From Chrysemys picta bellii (taxonomy: Eukaryota), in NCBI RefSeq assembly GCF_011386835.1, contig NC_088797.1, forward strand, positions 26,412,001 to 26,476,000: 64,000 nt of DNA. Reading direction: 5' to 3'. Below, one piece after another: positions 51,965 to 63,823 of this stretch. The notes under the pieces are model-generated. The model saw only the letters and a list, made by a program, of their open reading frames with translations, did not search any database and was not told the DNA's origin. A program made the position numbers and the translations under genes. The first letter of the stretch is position 1, and every line of letters begins with the position of its first letter.

Positions 51965-52652
51965 GATGCGGCCCGCCAGCCATTTTAATCCGGCCCTTGA
52001 GCTCCCACTGGGAAGCGGGGTCTGGGACTTGCTCCACTCCAGCCAGGGTGCAGGATTAGGGGCCGCTCCATGCAGCTCCTGAAAGCAATGGCATGGCCCC
52101 GCTCCGGCGCTCCAGGCAGAGAGCAGGGTCGGGGGGCTGCTCCACGTCGCTCCCTGAAGCAGCGGCCCCTAAGTGGAGGGGCAGCCAGGGAGCTCCGCTC
52201 TGCACGCTGCCCCCGCCCCAAACACCACCCCCGCAGCTATCATTGGCCAGGCACTGCAGCCAATGGGAGCTGCAAGGGTGGTGCCTGCAGATGGAGCAGC
52301 GTGCAGAGCTGCCTGGCCATACCTCCACATAGGAGCCGGAGAAGGACATGCCACTGCTTCCGGGAGCCACTTGAGGTAAGCACCGTCCAGAGCCTGCACC
52401 CCTGAGTCCCCCCTCCTGGGCCCCAACCCTGATCCCTCTCCCACCTTCCAAACCCCTTGGTCCCAGCCCAGAGCCCCCTTCCACATCCTGAACTCTTCTT
52501 TTTTTTTCTGGGCCGACCCCAGAGCCCACACCCACAATCAGAGCCCTCAGCCCCTCACACACCCCAACTCCAATTTTGTGAGCATTCATGGCCTGCCATA
52601 CAATTTCTATTCCCAGATGTGATCCTTGTGCCAAAAAATGTGCTCACCCCTG
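51965..52652 (+). mobile_element. GC-rich hAT-type non-autonomous element, left end missing
   Basis: Right TIR ...gtgctcacccctg; subterminal cggcccgccagccattttaatccggccc at the left but no left TIR; accounts for the cluster of GC-rich chance ORFs. Confidence 0.7.
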
Positions 52653-52724
52653 CTTTAGAGCATTCCACTCTCACTTGCTATGCATAGACCATTTAAATGT
52701 CATTAATTGAAAATGATACATTAG

Positions 52725-54807
52725 AAGCAAGAGGAACACCAAGGACAGGACAGGCCCATTACTCAAGGATGGGGTAAGACATAAACAGAAAATGTGGAAA
52801 TGGCAGAAGTCCTAAATGCATTTTTTGTTTCAGTTTTCACCAAAAAGGTTAGTAGCAATCAGAAGTCTAACATAGTGAATGCCAGTGAAAATGAGGTAGG
52901 ATCTGAGACTAAAATAGCAAAAGAACAAGTTAAAAATTACTTAGACAAGTTAGATGTCTTCAAGTCAGCAGGGCATGATGAAATACATCCTAGAATATTC
53001 AAGGAGCTGACTGAGGAGATATCTGAGCCATTAATGATTATCATCGAAAACTCATGGAAGATGGGAGAGATTCCAGAGAACTGGAAAAGGGAAATATAAT
53101 GGCAATCTATAAAAAGGGGAAGAAGGACAACCCAGGGAATTATAGACCAGTCAGCTTAACTTTAGTACCCAGAAAGATAATGGAGCAAATAATCAAGGAA
53201 TCTATTTGCAAACACCTAAAAGATGGTAAGCAACAGTTAACATGGATTTGTCAAGAACAAATCATGTCAAATCAACCTAATAGTTTTCTTTGACAGGGTA
53301 ACAAGCCTTGTGGATGGAGGGAAGCAGTAGATGTGGTATATTTGGACTTTAGTAAGGCTTTTGGTACTGTCCCACATGACCACCTTATAAACAAACTAGG
53401 GAAATATAGCCTAGATGGGGCAATGTAAGGTGGGAGCATAACTGGTAGTAAAACCATTCCCAGAGAATATTTTTCAGTGGTTCACAATGAAGCTGGAAGG
53501 GCATATCGAGTGGGGTCCCACAGAGATAAGTCCTGGGTCAGATACTGTTCAATATCTTCATCAGTGATTTAGATAATGGTATAGAGAATACACTTATCAA
53601 GTTTGTGGATGATACCAAGTTGGGAGAAGTTGCAAATGCTTTGGAGGATAGAATTAAAATTCAAAATGATTTAGACAAACTGGAGAAATGGTCTGATGTA
53701 AATAGGATGGAATTCAATAAGGACAAATGCAAAGTATTCCACTTAGAAAGGAACAAGCAGTTGCCCCATAAAAATGGGAAATGACTATCGGAAATAGGAA
53801 AGAGTACTGAAGAAAGGGATCTGGGAGTCATAGTGGATCACAAGCCAAATATAAGTCAACAATGTAATACTGTTGCAAAAAAAGCAAACATTATTCTGGG
53901 TTGTATTAGCAGGAGTGTTGTAAGCAGGACACGAGAAGTAATTCTTCCGCTCTACTCCATGATGATAAGGCCTCAGCTGGAGAATTGTGTCCAGTTCTGG
54001 GGACCACATTTCAGGAAAGATGTAGACAAATTGGAGAAAGTCCAGAGGAGAGCAACAAAAATTATTAAAGGTCTAGACCAGGGGTAGGCAACCTATGGCA
54101 CGCGTGCCAAAAGCGGCACGCAAGCTGATTTTCAGTGGCACTCACATTGCCTGGGTCCTGGCCACCGGTCCGGGGGGCTCTGCATTTTAATTTAATTTTA
54201 AATGAAGTTTCTTAAACATTTTAAAAACCTTATTTACTTTACATACAACAATAGTTTAGTTATATATTATAGACTTATAAAAAGAGACCTTCTAAAAATG
54301 TTAAAATGTATTACTGGCACGCGAAACCTTAAATCAGAGTGAATAAATGAAGACGCGGCACACCACTTCTGAAAGGTTGCTGACCCCTGGTCTAGACAAC
54401 ATGTCCTATGAGGAAATATTGAAAAAGTGAGGTTTGTTTAATTTGGAGAAGAGAAGACTGAGGGGAGACATGATAACGGTTTTCAAGTGCTTAAAAGGTG
54501 GTTACATGTAGGAGGGTGAAAAATTGTTCTCGTTAACCTCTGAGGGTAGGACAAGAAGCAATGGACTTACATTGCAGCAAAGGCGGTTTAGGTTGGACAT
54601 TAGGAAAAACTTCCTAACTGTCAGGGTAGTTAAGCACTGGAACAAATTGCCTAGGAAGGTTGTAGAGTCTCCATCATTGGAGGTTTTTAAGAACAGTTTA
54701 GAGAAACACCTGTCAGGAATGGTCTAATTATTATTTAGTCCTGCCATGAATGCAGGGAACTGGACTACCTATTGACGTCCCTTCCAGTCTTACAGTTCTA
54801 TGATTCT
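52725..54807 (+). mobile_element. 5'-truncated CR1 LINE (ORF2 reverse transcriptase, frameshifted)
   Basis: [56 protein letters not shown] (FADD-like motif near 53601), RPQLENCVQFWGPHFRKD, RLDIRKNFLTVRVVKHWN; ends in an attct(a)tg-type tail. Confidence 0.95.
54079..54389 (+). mobile_element. hAT (Charlie-like) MITE inserted into the CR1
   Basis: TIRs caggggtaggcaacc / ggttgctgacccctg; exact 8-bp TSD GTCTAGAC at 54071-54078 and 54390-54397; the CR1 sequence resumes after it. Confidence 0.92.
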
Positions 54808-56064
54808 GAAACTTTAAGCAAGACTTGCATCAGCTAGTTTTCCTACAGTATATGTTTTATATGACATCAAGCTAAAGGAAAAGTAATTCTGAGGGTCATT
54901 AAATAGTGGGACTTCTGTCACTGTACCACAATCGTAGAAATTTCTCTGCTAAATCACTCTGTGCTGAAAATTCATTGGGCTACGGCCTCAGCTGCACCAA
55001 ATTCATATTTAGTGCAGCTGAGGGAGAGGAAGCAAAGGTGGCTTTGAGCCACTTTTACTCCTCTCCTGATCCTGGAGGCAGATAGGAGGCCAAACTGTCC
55101 CAAAACACAACTGAGACTAGTGACAGTGTTACTCTTAACTTATTCCTGCTGGCATGGTCTCCTAGAAACTATCTGACTTGCCCAGGATTGATGGAATGCA
55201 GTATGCTCTGGGTCTGTTGCTTCCTACCTCCAGCATGCCTCCTCCCCACCCAGGAATGCCCTGTGCGTCAAAAGGGGGGTGGTGGTGAGCTGGGGGAATC
55301 CTCGGCTACCTGATTAAGGCACATTGGGCACACTCTGGGTTGCTTGAGCAGTGTAAAGGGGACTTAAGCAGGGCCAAAAATCTAATTTTCAAAAGTATTG
55401 TTAAAAATGTAATGTCGGGCTTTGACGCAGTAATTCACAACCTTTCAGTCTACTTTACAGACTAAATCCTTGGCTGTACCAGCCAGTGCTTATAATTAAG
55501 TTTATGCCTCTGCTATTGGAGAATCTGCAATTGGTGGGTGGAAAAACTAGATCAGAAAACTGAAATATTTTAAATAATATTTGACCGCAGACCAAGAGCC
55601 TATCACTGGCAACTGCCTTACTCATAATCACAACTTCCCTCCATCCTTACCTTTCTGACAAACTTTTAGTCTACCAACTTCGTTGACCTGCTAGACTCTC
55701 ATTCAAATTGGCATGCTTGTAAAGCACAATGGAGCTTGGACTGCTCCAAATTAGTTTTGTATGATCTGGAAGGCTATGATTCAAAGCCTCCCAAGCTGAA
55801 TGATGAGTCAGAACATGGAAAATGGAACAGGAGGCAGTCAAGTCAAGTCTTCACTGTACTAATCACAATTGTTATGTATGGTGCAGGCAGGAGCAGGGAG
55901 CACAGAGAACCCTGGGGGATTATGGCGAGGCAAATGCATAACACTGAGCTAACATAGTTAAATAGCCCGATAACCAGGTATAGTTTTTAATTTTATAAGT
56001 GCTTTCCAACACAACCATTATCCAAAGCATACGTGCAATTGAGATCCACTAGTCTAGTCTGAAC

Positions 56065-56637
56065 CAGGGCTGGCTCTAGGCACCAGAAAAACAAGCTGGT
56101 GCTTGGGGCGGCACATTTTTAGGGGCGGCATGGCCGGCGCCAGAATGCCGCCTCTAAAAATGTGCCCCGGCCGCCCTAGCTCACCTCCGCTGCTGCTGCC
56201 ATGGCGCGCGAAACAGCTGATTTGCGCGCTGCTACTCGCCCTCCCTCCCAGGCTCTCAAACCTGGGAGGGAGGGGGAGATCCCGAGCGGCCGTTTCGCGC
56301 ACCGCTGTTCCCCCTCTGTCCGAGGCTTGAGAGCCTGGGAGGGAGGAGGAGAAGCGGCGCCTGCGCCGAGATCACTCGGAGTCTCACCCTCCCTCCCAGG
56401 CTCTCAAACCTGGGAGGGAGGGGGAGATCCCGAGCGGCCGCGGTGCGCGAAACGGCTGTTTCGCGCGCCGCTGCTCCCCCTCCCTCCCAGACTTGAGAGC
56501 CTGGGGGGAGGAGGCAGGGCTGGGGATTTGGGGAAGGGGCGGAGTTGAGGCAGGGCCGGGGGTGGGGTAATTAAAGAAGGGGGGGGCGGCCAAAATTGTT
56601 TTTGCTTTGGGCGGCAAAAATCCTAGAGCCGGCCCTG
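56065..56637 (+). mobile_element. hAT-family MITE (CAGGGCYGGCTC TIR family) with expanded CpG-rich interior
   Basis: TIRs cagggctggctctagg / cctagagccggccctg; exact 8-bp TSD GTCTGAAC at 56057-56064 and 56638-56645; internal unit ccctcccaggctctcaaacctgggagggagggggagatcccgagcggccg occurs twice. Confidence 0.9.
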
Positions 56638-58768
56638 GTCTGAACATTAAGCTTGAGTTACAGAGCATATAGGGTAGGACATAGGCTCAGTACCACTTCA
56701 GTGACATACTTTTATCCCTTCCTTTTATATCTGTTCCTCTTTACTTACAGTGGATGAATACTTTTTACATTTTGTATTCTTAAAACAGATGTGTGTGTGG
56801 GGGGGGGGGAGTTTTTTAAGAATACACAGAAGCCATGTAAAGATTAGGGAGAAAAGCTTCTCATAGGAGAAAACAAAGACACAAAGTTGGCTTTGAACCT
56901 GGGAGTTCAGTGCCTTTGTTATAAATTCAGGGAGCCAAATTTTGCTCTGAATTACAATAGTGTAAATACAGAGTAACACCATTGGTTTCAGTAGAATTTG
57001 TCCCAGGGTTTTCTTTTTTTGTAGTAATAGCTTTGTAGAGCCTGGAGCATCCCTCACATTCATAAAGGCCACAAGACAAAAAAAGATTAGCTAGAGGTGG
57101 CATGTTAAGAAAAGTGAGGCATTCTGTGCAGGAGTATAACTGATAAGCGCTGCAGATGGTTTATAGATAGACTTGGAAGCCCTTTAAAGACTATGAGGTC
57201 TCATAGCACCCAAAGTGACAGAATGCATCTCAGATGGAGAAGAGAAGTTAAAATAGTTCTCAGCTTGGACGAACAAAATGGTTATAAGGCTGTACAAAAT
57301 ATTGCTAAGATAATGCATTTGAAAAAACTGCAAATGTGTTAATTTTTGCATCAAAACCATGTAGACCACTTTTCCCATGTGGTTTCAAAGCACAAACAGC
57401 CATTCTGGCAAAAATTCACATCAAGCAAAACTTGAGGGCAGGGGGGTATGATGATGATGTATGAAATTACTTACACAAATTTTCAGCTGAAATTCTATAA
57501 AACAAAATTTCTGAATTGTTGCACCGCTTTAACAGAGCTCAGACACTAGATGGAACTAGGTTAAGCTTCATTGATCAACCGTGTTGGGGCGGGGGAGGGG
57601 AACGGAATGGTTGGGTTTGGAAGTTGCGGGATTTAATGCACCAACAGACAAGGCTAGTGAGGCGGCAGTGTCTCTACACACGGAAGTCCTGACTGCTGCA
57701 CCCACAACCCTGGATCCCAGGATAGAACAGGATAGAAAAAGAGGAGACAAGAAATTTGGAACAGATCCGTGTTAGCACCTAGAAGCCCCAGTCAGAGATC
57801 AAGGCTCATAGCACAAGGCATTGTAAGCCCACGCACATCACAAAAGATGGTTCCTGTCCCAAAGAGCTTAAGGAATATTGTGCAAAAATTCTGTCTTGAA
57901 AAGGCCAGCCTGGAGTTGCACCACTGATTTAATGTAGATTTGGTTCACAGTTTCATATTGCATGAACTATGGTTAGTAAAAGAAGAGAAGAGTATGGGCA
58001 AAAACAGTGACAACTGTGTGTTGAGCATTCCTAGGAATTGAAAGTGCATGGCAGGTCTGGAGATGAACTACCATATGAACTCCACTCTGAAGTTGAAAAA
58101 TATTTGCATACTTCAGGCATACCTCAAACTGAGAAGCTGGAAGACAGAAAGGCATTGCTTGTAAATAAAACCATTGCAACAGGAAAGGAGAAATATTTTC
58201 TACAGACTGAATCAGTTATTTAAGCACTTTCTACCTCTGACGGTAAGACAGAATCAATCAGCTCAGCTGAGCAACGCTGGCATTGTATACATTTATTCAT
58301 ACCATCTGGTCATGAGTCAAACCCAAATAACAAAAGCTTTTATTTTCCCACAAAGGCTGAAGGTTACACAAGTGGTACCCACATACTTGTGGCATCCCAA
58401 CACGTTATTGTCATGTGCTGCAGAGAGAACACAACCCTAGATCAGTACAAGACAGCCAGACACCCAAATTCCTGCATTACAATTGCCTACCAATGCCTCC
58501 AAACCTTAGAAACCTTGAAGAACATTAAGTAGCTCCATCCCTTTCGGCACAGTTAACATATACAGTTCAACATGACAGACATCTCCAGTGGTTAAATTTG
58601 GGGGAAGGCTGCTTATTTTTACTCAGTTGGGATGACCACCTATTAGAACTCACTTATGGCTCCATTTCACTCAACTGCTCATAAATTACATTGGCATCTT
58701 AAACCCATGAAAATAAATACATTATTTTTTGCTACACCCATTGTATGGTCAGTTTGAGTTTCTGGTTC

Positions 58769-58771
<3 letters not shown>

Positions 58772-58809
<38 letters not shown>
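58772..58809. repeat. (CA)n microsatellite
   Basis: Read directly. Confidence 0.95.
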
Positions 58810-58812
<3 letters not shown>

Positions 58813-60547
58813 TATCTTTAGCCACACCTATAAAGCTACATATGAACAAATTGAGGTCTAAGTATGGGATACAACATGGAGCAAATGCCAAATTGAATGA
58901 CACAGACCAGATAACCTTTCAGGAAGCTTAGTGATGTCGGATTCTTTATCAAAAGTAACATTTTCTGTAACCTCAATTTCATAATTCAGTGTTTCTGATA
59001 TACAAGCTTAATAGGGCTTCTGGTTTTCAGTTTTAACTTAGAAACACCAATAAAATACCTGGGATACAAAAAAACAAAACCCCACTGTATGAAATTGGTG
59101 TTTATCTCATAAACACTGTAAATGGTTACTTATATCCAAGGACATGTCTACACAGAGCCGTAATGTGGAGTGAGTATGTGTGTGTGTGTGTGATTTTTAA
59201 AGTGCACTAATGTGCTGAGCATTAATTGGGCCCTGTAGACCCTACTGATGTGCGCTAAGAGTTCCCCAGTGCATTTTAATATAGTTTGAACTGTTTGAAA
59301 CAGTACTATGTTAAAGTGCACTAGGGAACATTACAAAGAGCTTACTTAATGTATACATTTCTCATTAAAATATATACAAAACCCTGATTATTGGACATCT
59401 ACATAAAACTCAAAATCCTCAAAAATGAAATTAATCAACCCCTAAAACCAGAAGTCCTCAAGATTATACAGGCTTGTGTGGAATAAAGACAAACAGAGTT
59501 CTGAAATGCAAGAAGGTGAAGAGGTTTGTTGGAAAGTGTGTGGATACTTTTTGAATCCAAACATTTCCTCGTTCTTCAGGCACACCTGTTGGCAAGCCCA
59601 ATGTTACTCGTATGAAACTGTCCAATACTTATCAGTTAATCTGGCTTCTGTTCCATGTAAGGGGCCTGATTCTGCAAGCACAGCATTCTCAGGGAAATAA
59701 AACATATGAATTCCAGTGGGAGTGCCATATGTGGTGAGTAGAACTGGCTGGAATTTCTTTATATGCAGAGAAATCCAGCAAAAATGGAAAAAAATAAGAA
59801 AAATTCTACGTGTTGGGGGAAAAAATCTAAATATGAAAACTTTCAATTGAAAACCAAAATGTTTGGGGGTGTAAAAACCTGAAAAATTTATTTCAGTAAT
59901 GTCACTGCAGTGCTTCCTGGGAGTTGTAATTCAGGTATCTCATGATCCCATTCTCCACTATGAGCTGGGCTCTCTGGCCATACTATGTATCCTGTGATCA
60001 CAATCTCCCCTCTTGTTGAGACGCTGTGGTGCATCATGGGTCCCATAGCACTGAAGCATCATGGGAGCTGTAGTCTGAATGTGACCCTGACCCATAGAAG
60101 AGAAAGGGGAGATGAGGCTGAACTACCACTACAAGGCACTGTGGTGGTGTACTTCCAAAGCAAATGTTGGTTTTCAGCCAGAGAAAGAGAACTTTCCAGT
60201 TTTCAGATTTTTTTTTAAATGAAAAGCAAACACTTTTCAGGAAAAAATTCATTTTGTCTGTTTGTCTGTTGAAAAACACTTTGATAGAATTTTTTTCACC
60301 AGTGCTAGCAGAAAGGATGCATAATTTGGCCTAATTTTCTTTACCTTTAAAGGATTTATTGAAAGATTAAATCAAAGTAATTTTCTCCTTCACACTTTTT
60401 TTTTTTCATGGTAATGCTCATGGCAGCCTCTGACATTAGTCCTGAGTCCCAGTTTTTGTTGTTTCATCTCCACTTTTGTCTATACAATTTAGCCATTGTT
60501 TCATTGTTGTTGTTCAAATAGCTCAATCTTCGAGCAATAATAAGTAC

Positions 60548-60736
60548 ATAGAGATATACCTATCTCACAGAGCTAGAAGGGACCCTAAAAGGTCATTGAG
60601 TCCAGCCCCCTGCCTTTACTAGGCAGGACCAAGTACTGGTTTTTGTCCTAAATCCCTAAGTGGCTGCCTCAAGGATTGAGCTCACAACCCTAGGTTTAGC
60701 AGGCCAATGCGCAAACCACTGAGCTATCCCTCCCCC
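60548..60736 (-). mobile_element. Tortoise-type tRNA-derived SINE
   Basis: Reverse complement begins gggggagggatagctcagtggtttgcgcattggcctgctaaacctagggttgtgagctcaatcc and ends in the CR1-like tail. Confidence 0.85.
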
Positions 60737-63220
60737 GCAGCCAACTTGCTTTCTGCTCATTATTTCTCAGTTCTTAAATTATCCCATTCTAGCTTTACTC
60801 CTATTTCTTCATGTTAACTATACCAGAAGTGGCAGTTGCTGCAGAAGTGGGGTTAGAATCAGCCAAACCTTCATTGCACAACCGCATGGGAAGTAGTGGT
60901 CATGAAAAGGTACATATAGTCTGGTGACATGACTTAGTTGTCCCCTAAAGATTGGGAGACACTTAACTGCACAGTTAGTAGTAGATGATAATGATTAAGA
61001 GTTGGGACCATATTCTGATCTAAGATAAGAATTGATTCTTTCTTTACATTTTTTTCCACTCTAGATATGTAGTGACCATTATTTTGACTCTCTCTCTCCA
61101 TTTGAAATTACATTCAAGATAATTAAAAGTAAACTATTTCTGGTCTAGCTGTCACTTCATTAACACTTCATGTGAAGGCACGGTGAGATGCTTTTATCTT
61201 CCACTCTCTATTCATTCAGCTTAACTGGGTGCAGACACTCAGGCCTGGTCAAATATAATACTCAAAGACCATCCTAACTTTTTCCAATGAACCAGGCAAA
61301 TTATATGCCACACTCTTTATTCAGACTGAGAAAAGATAGGTATTTCATGCCCCATATTGTCAGATTTTGATGCCCTTATATTCAGTAGTACCTTATTTGC
61401 ACTAAGAGTAGCAGAATCTGGCCCTTAATGAATTATCTTGGCCAGACGAGAATCCTCCACCCACTCATCAGGGAAAAGTCTTATTTAAATTGGCTGCTAC
61501 TAACTCAACTTCCTCTTTAGTAGTACAGTAGAACCCCGGAGATATGAACACCAGAGTTAAGAACTGACCGGTCAACTGCACACTTCATTTGGATCCAAAA
61601 ATACACAAGCAGGCAGCAGCAGTAGAGAGCCCCCCCCCCACCCAAATGCCAATACTGTCTGACTAAGCAAAATGGGAAGCAGTGGGAAGTGCAAATGTGT
61701 CACACTTTCAAATTGACACAAAGCTAGAAATATTAAAAAAAAACTCAACAATGGTTTTAGCCTCAGCAACATAGTAGTAGGATATGGTATCTGGAAATCA
61801 ACCTTCACTGATATTTGGAAAAGCCAGGAAAAAATAAAGCAATTTGCAAAAGAAGCCAAAGTCAGCAGAGCAGTAAAAGCAGGTGTATTGTATGCAAAGC
61901 TGCTGATTTTGATAAGGGAATGCATCTTTGGTTTGCACAACAGAGATCAAAAGGCACTCCTATAAAGGGTGTGAGGGTTACAGAAAAGGCAAAGTTACTC
62001 TACGGAGGACTATAACCAGACAAAGGTAAGAACCATTTAAAAGCAAGCACAGGGTGGCTCTGTCTGTTCAAAAATCAGCATGGGCTACGGCACTTGGGGG
62101 TGCAAGGAGAGTCTCTGACAGATGACTCAAATGCCACTGGTGAATTTAAAAACACTTTCATTTATTGAACAGCGTGAATTTACCCAGGAGCAAATGTCTA
62201 ACTACGAGACAGGCCTGTACTTGCGCAGGTTTCCAAACAAGACTCTGGCAGACAGTTCAGAAAAACAGGCAAAGAATTTCAAGTCCAGTGAAGATCGGGT
62301 CACATGGATGGCTACTGCTAATGCAAGTGGGGATTTCTGTCTCCCATTGGTATTCATTCACAAAAGTGCAAAACCTCGCTGCTTTGCAATCACTATGTCA
62401 ACTCCACCCATCCATTACTACAGCCAGCGCCGTGCTTGGAGGGATAAAGACATTTTCTTCAACTGGTTTTTGAAACACTTTGTTCCACTTGTGAAAGACT
62501 ACCTTATGTCAAAATCTTCTCCTGTCTTAGCTGTGCTGCTGATGGATAATGCGCCATCTCACCCTGCCATTAAAACCTATTGACGGAAGATGGAAGCATC
62601 TGGTGTTTGTTTTTGCCACCAAATGTCATAAACCTCATTCAGCCAAAGGACTGAGGTATTCTGGAAAACATGAAACATCGATACAAGTGAAGCCTCTTAT
62701 GGTGATTATTACTGGGATCAATGCAATTTAAATCTTACACAGATTTTTCGTAAACAGCTTACAATCAAAAGATGCTGTCTACCTGTGTGCTGAGTCTTGG
62801 AGTGAGACTGGCTCTGAGTCTTTGAAATGCTGGTGGAATGCACTTTAGCCATGTATTGGTAACGCTGAATGAGATAATTCAGAAAACAATGATCAAATGG
62901 AAATGAATCAACTAATTTTTTTCTGAAGAGCAACAGTTTTTGGATATCACCATAGAGGAACAAGAGGAACATCTAAACACAGAAAAATACGAGACTGGAC
63001 CCCCTCTTCTTAATGACCATGAGATAATTGCATTGGTATGAGAAACAGCAGAACCGGATGGCAACAGTGACGGTGACAAGGAGGGGGAGAACACCAAGAA
63101 GATCCCACACATGCAAGCAGAAGAATGTTTCGCTACCTGTCTTCATGGTGACAGTTTTCAGAGTGGTAGCTGTGTTAGTCTGTATCAGCAAAAACAACGA
63201 GGCGTACTTGTGGCACCTTA

Positions 63221-63516
63221 GGCCTCGTCTACACTTGGGGGTGGGAGGGAATCGATCTAAGTTATGCAACTGCAGCTACATGAATAACGTAGCTGAAGTC
63301 GACGTTAGATCTACTCACTGTGGTGTTTTCACTGCAGTGAGTCAACTGCTGCCACTCCCCCGTCGACTCTGCCTGCACCTCTTGCAGCAGTGGAGTACAG
63401 GAGTCGACGGGAGAGCGTTCGGGGGTCGATTTATCACATCTAGACTAGACGCAATAAATCAACCCCCACTGGATCGATCGCTGCCCGCTGATCTGGTGGG
63501 TAGTATAGACATGCCC
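63221..63516. mobile_element. PIF/Harbinger-type MITE nested in the PLE left arm
   Basis: 15-bp TIRs ggcctcgtctacact / agtatagacatgccc; flanked by TTA and TAA, interrupting ggcacctta[gagac]taacaaat. Confidence 0.75.
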
Positions 63517-63531
63517 TAACAAATTTATTTG

Positions 63532-63571
63532 GCTTAAGCTTTCATGGGCTAAAACCCACTTCATCAGATGC
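63532..63571 (-). ncRNA. Minimal type I hammerhead ribozyme motif (intact CUGAUGA and GAAA core)
   Basis: Reverse complement gcat-CTGATGA-a-gtggg ttttag cccat-GAAA-gctt-aagc; G-U closes stem II and stem I has one mismatch. Confidence 0.6.
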
Positions 63572-63783
63572 ATGGAGTGGAAAATACAGTAGGAAGATAT
63601 ATATGTACACAATACATGAAAAGATGGGAGTTGCCTTACCCAGTGGGGGGTCAGTTCTAACAAGACACTTCAATCCACTTTAATTGAATTGTCTCATTAG
63701 AACTGACCCCCCACTGGGTAAGGCAACTCCCATCTTTTTATGTACTGTGTATATATATCTTCCTACTGTATTTTCCACTCCAT

Positions 63784-63823
63784 GCATCTGAAGAAGTGGG
63801 TGTTAGCCCACAAAAGCTTATGC
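63784..63823 (+). ncRNA. Degenerate minimal hammerhead motif (G12 mutated to A, probably inactive)
   Basis: gcat-CTGAAGA-a-gtggg tgttag cccac-AAAA-gctt-atgc. Confidence 0.5.

Noticed and set aside
51985-52687. Cluster of ORFs up to 192 aa
   Set aside because: They lie in the GC-rich interior of a hAT-type element. Low stop-codon frequency explains them, and they show no recognisable motifs.
56240-56520. CRISPR-like or other spacer array
   Set aside because: Only two or three diverged units inside a TSD-flanked MITE in a vertebrate genome, with no regular unique spacers.
61815-62731. Domesticated TIGD/JRK-like gene
   Set aside because: In-frame stops (62013-62015, 62581-62583), frameshifts, a retained TIR and a PLE insertion in the CDS indicate a dead transposon.
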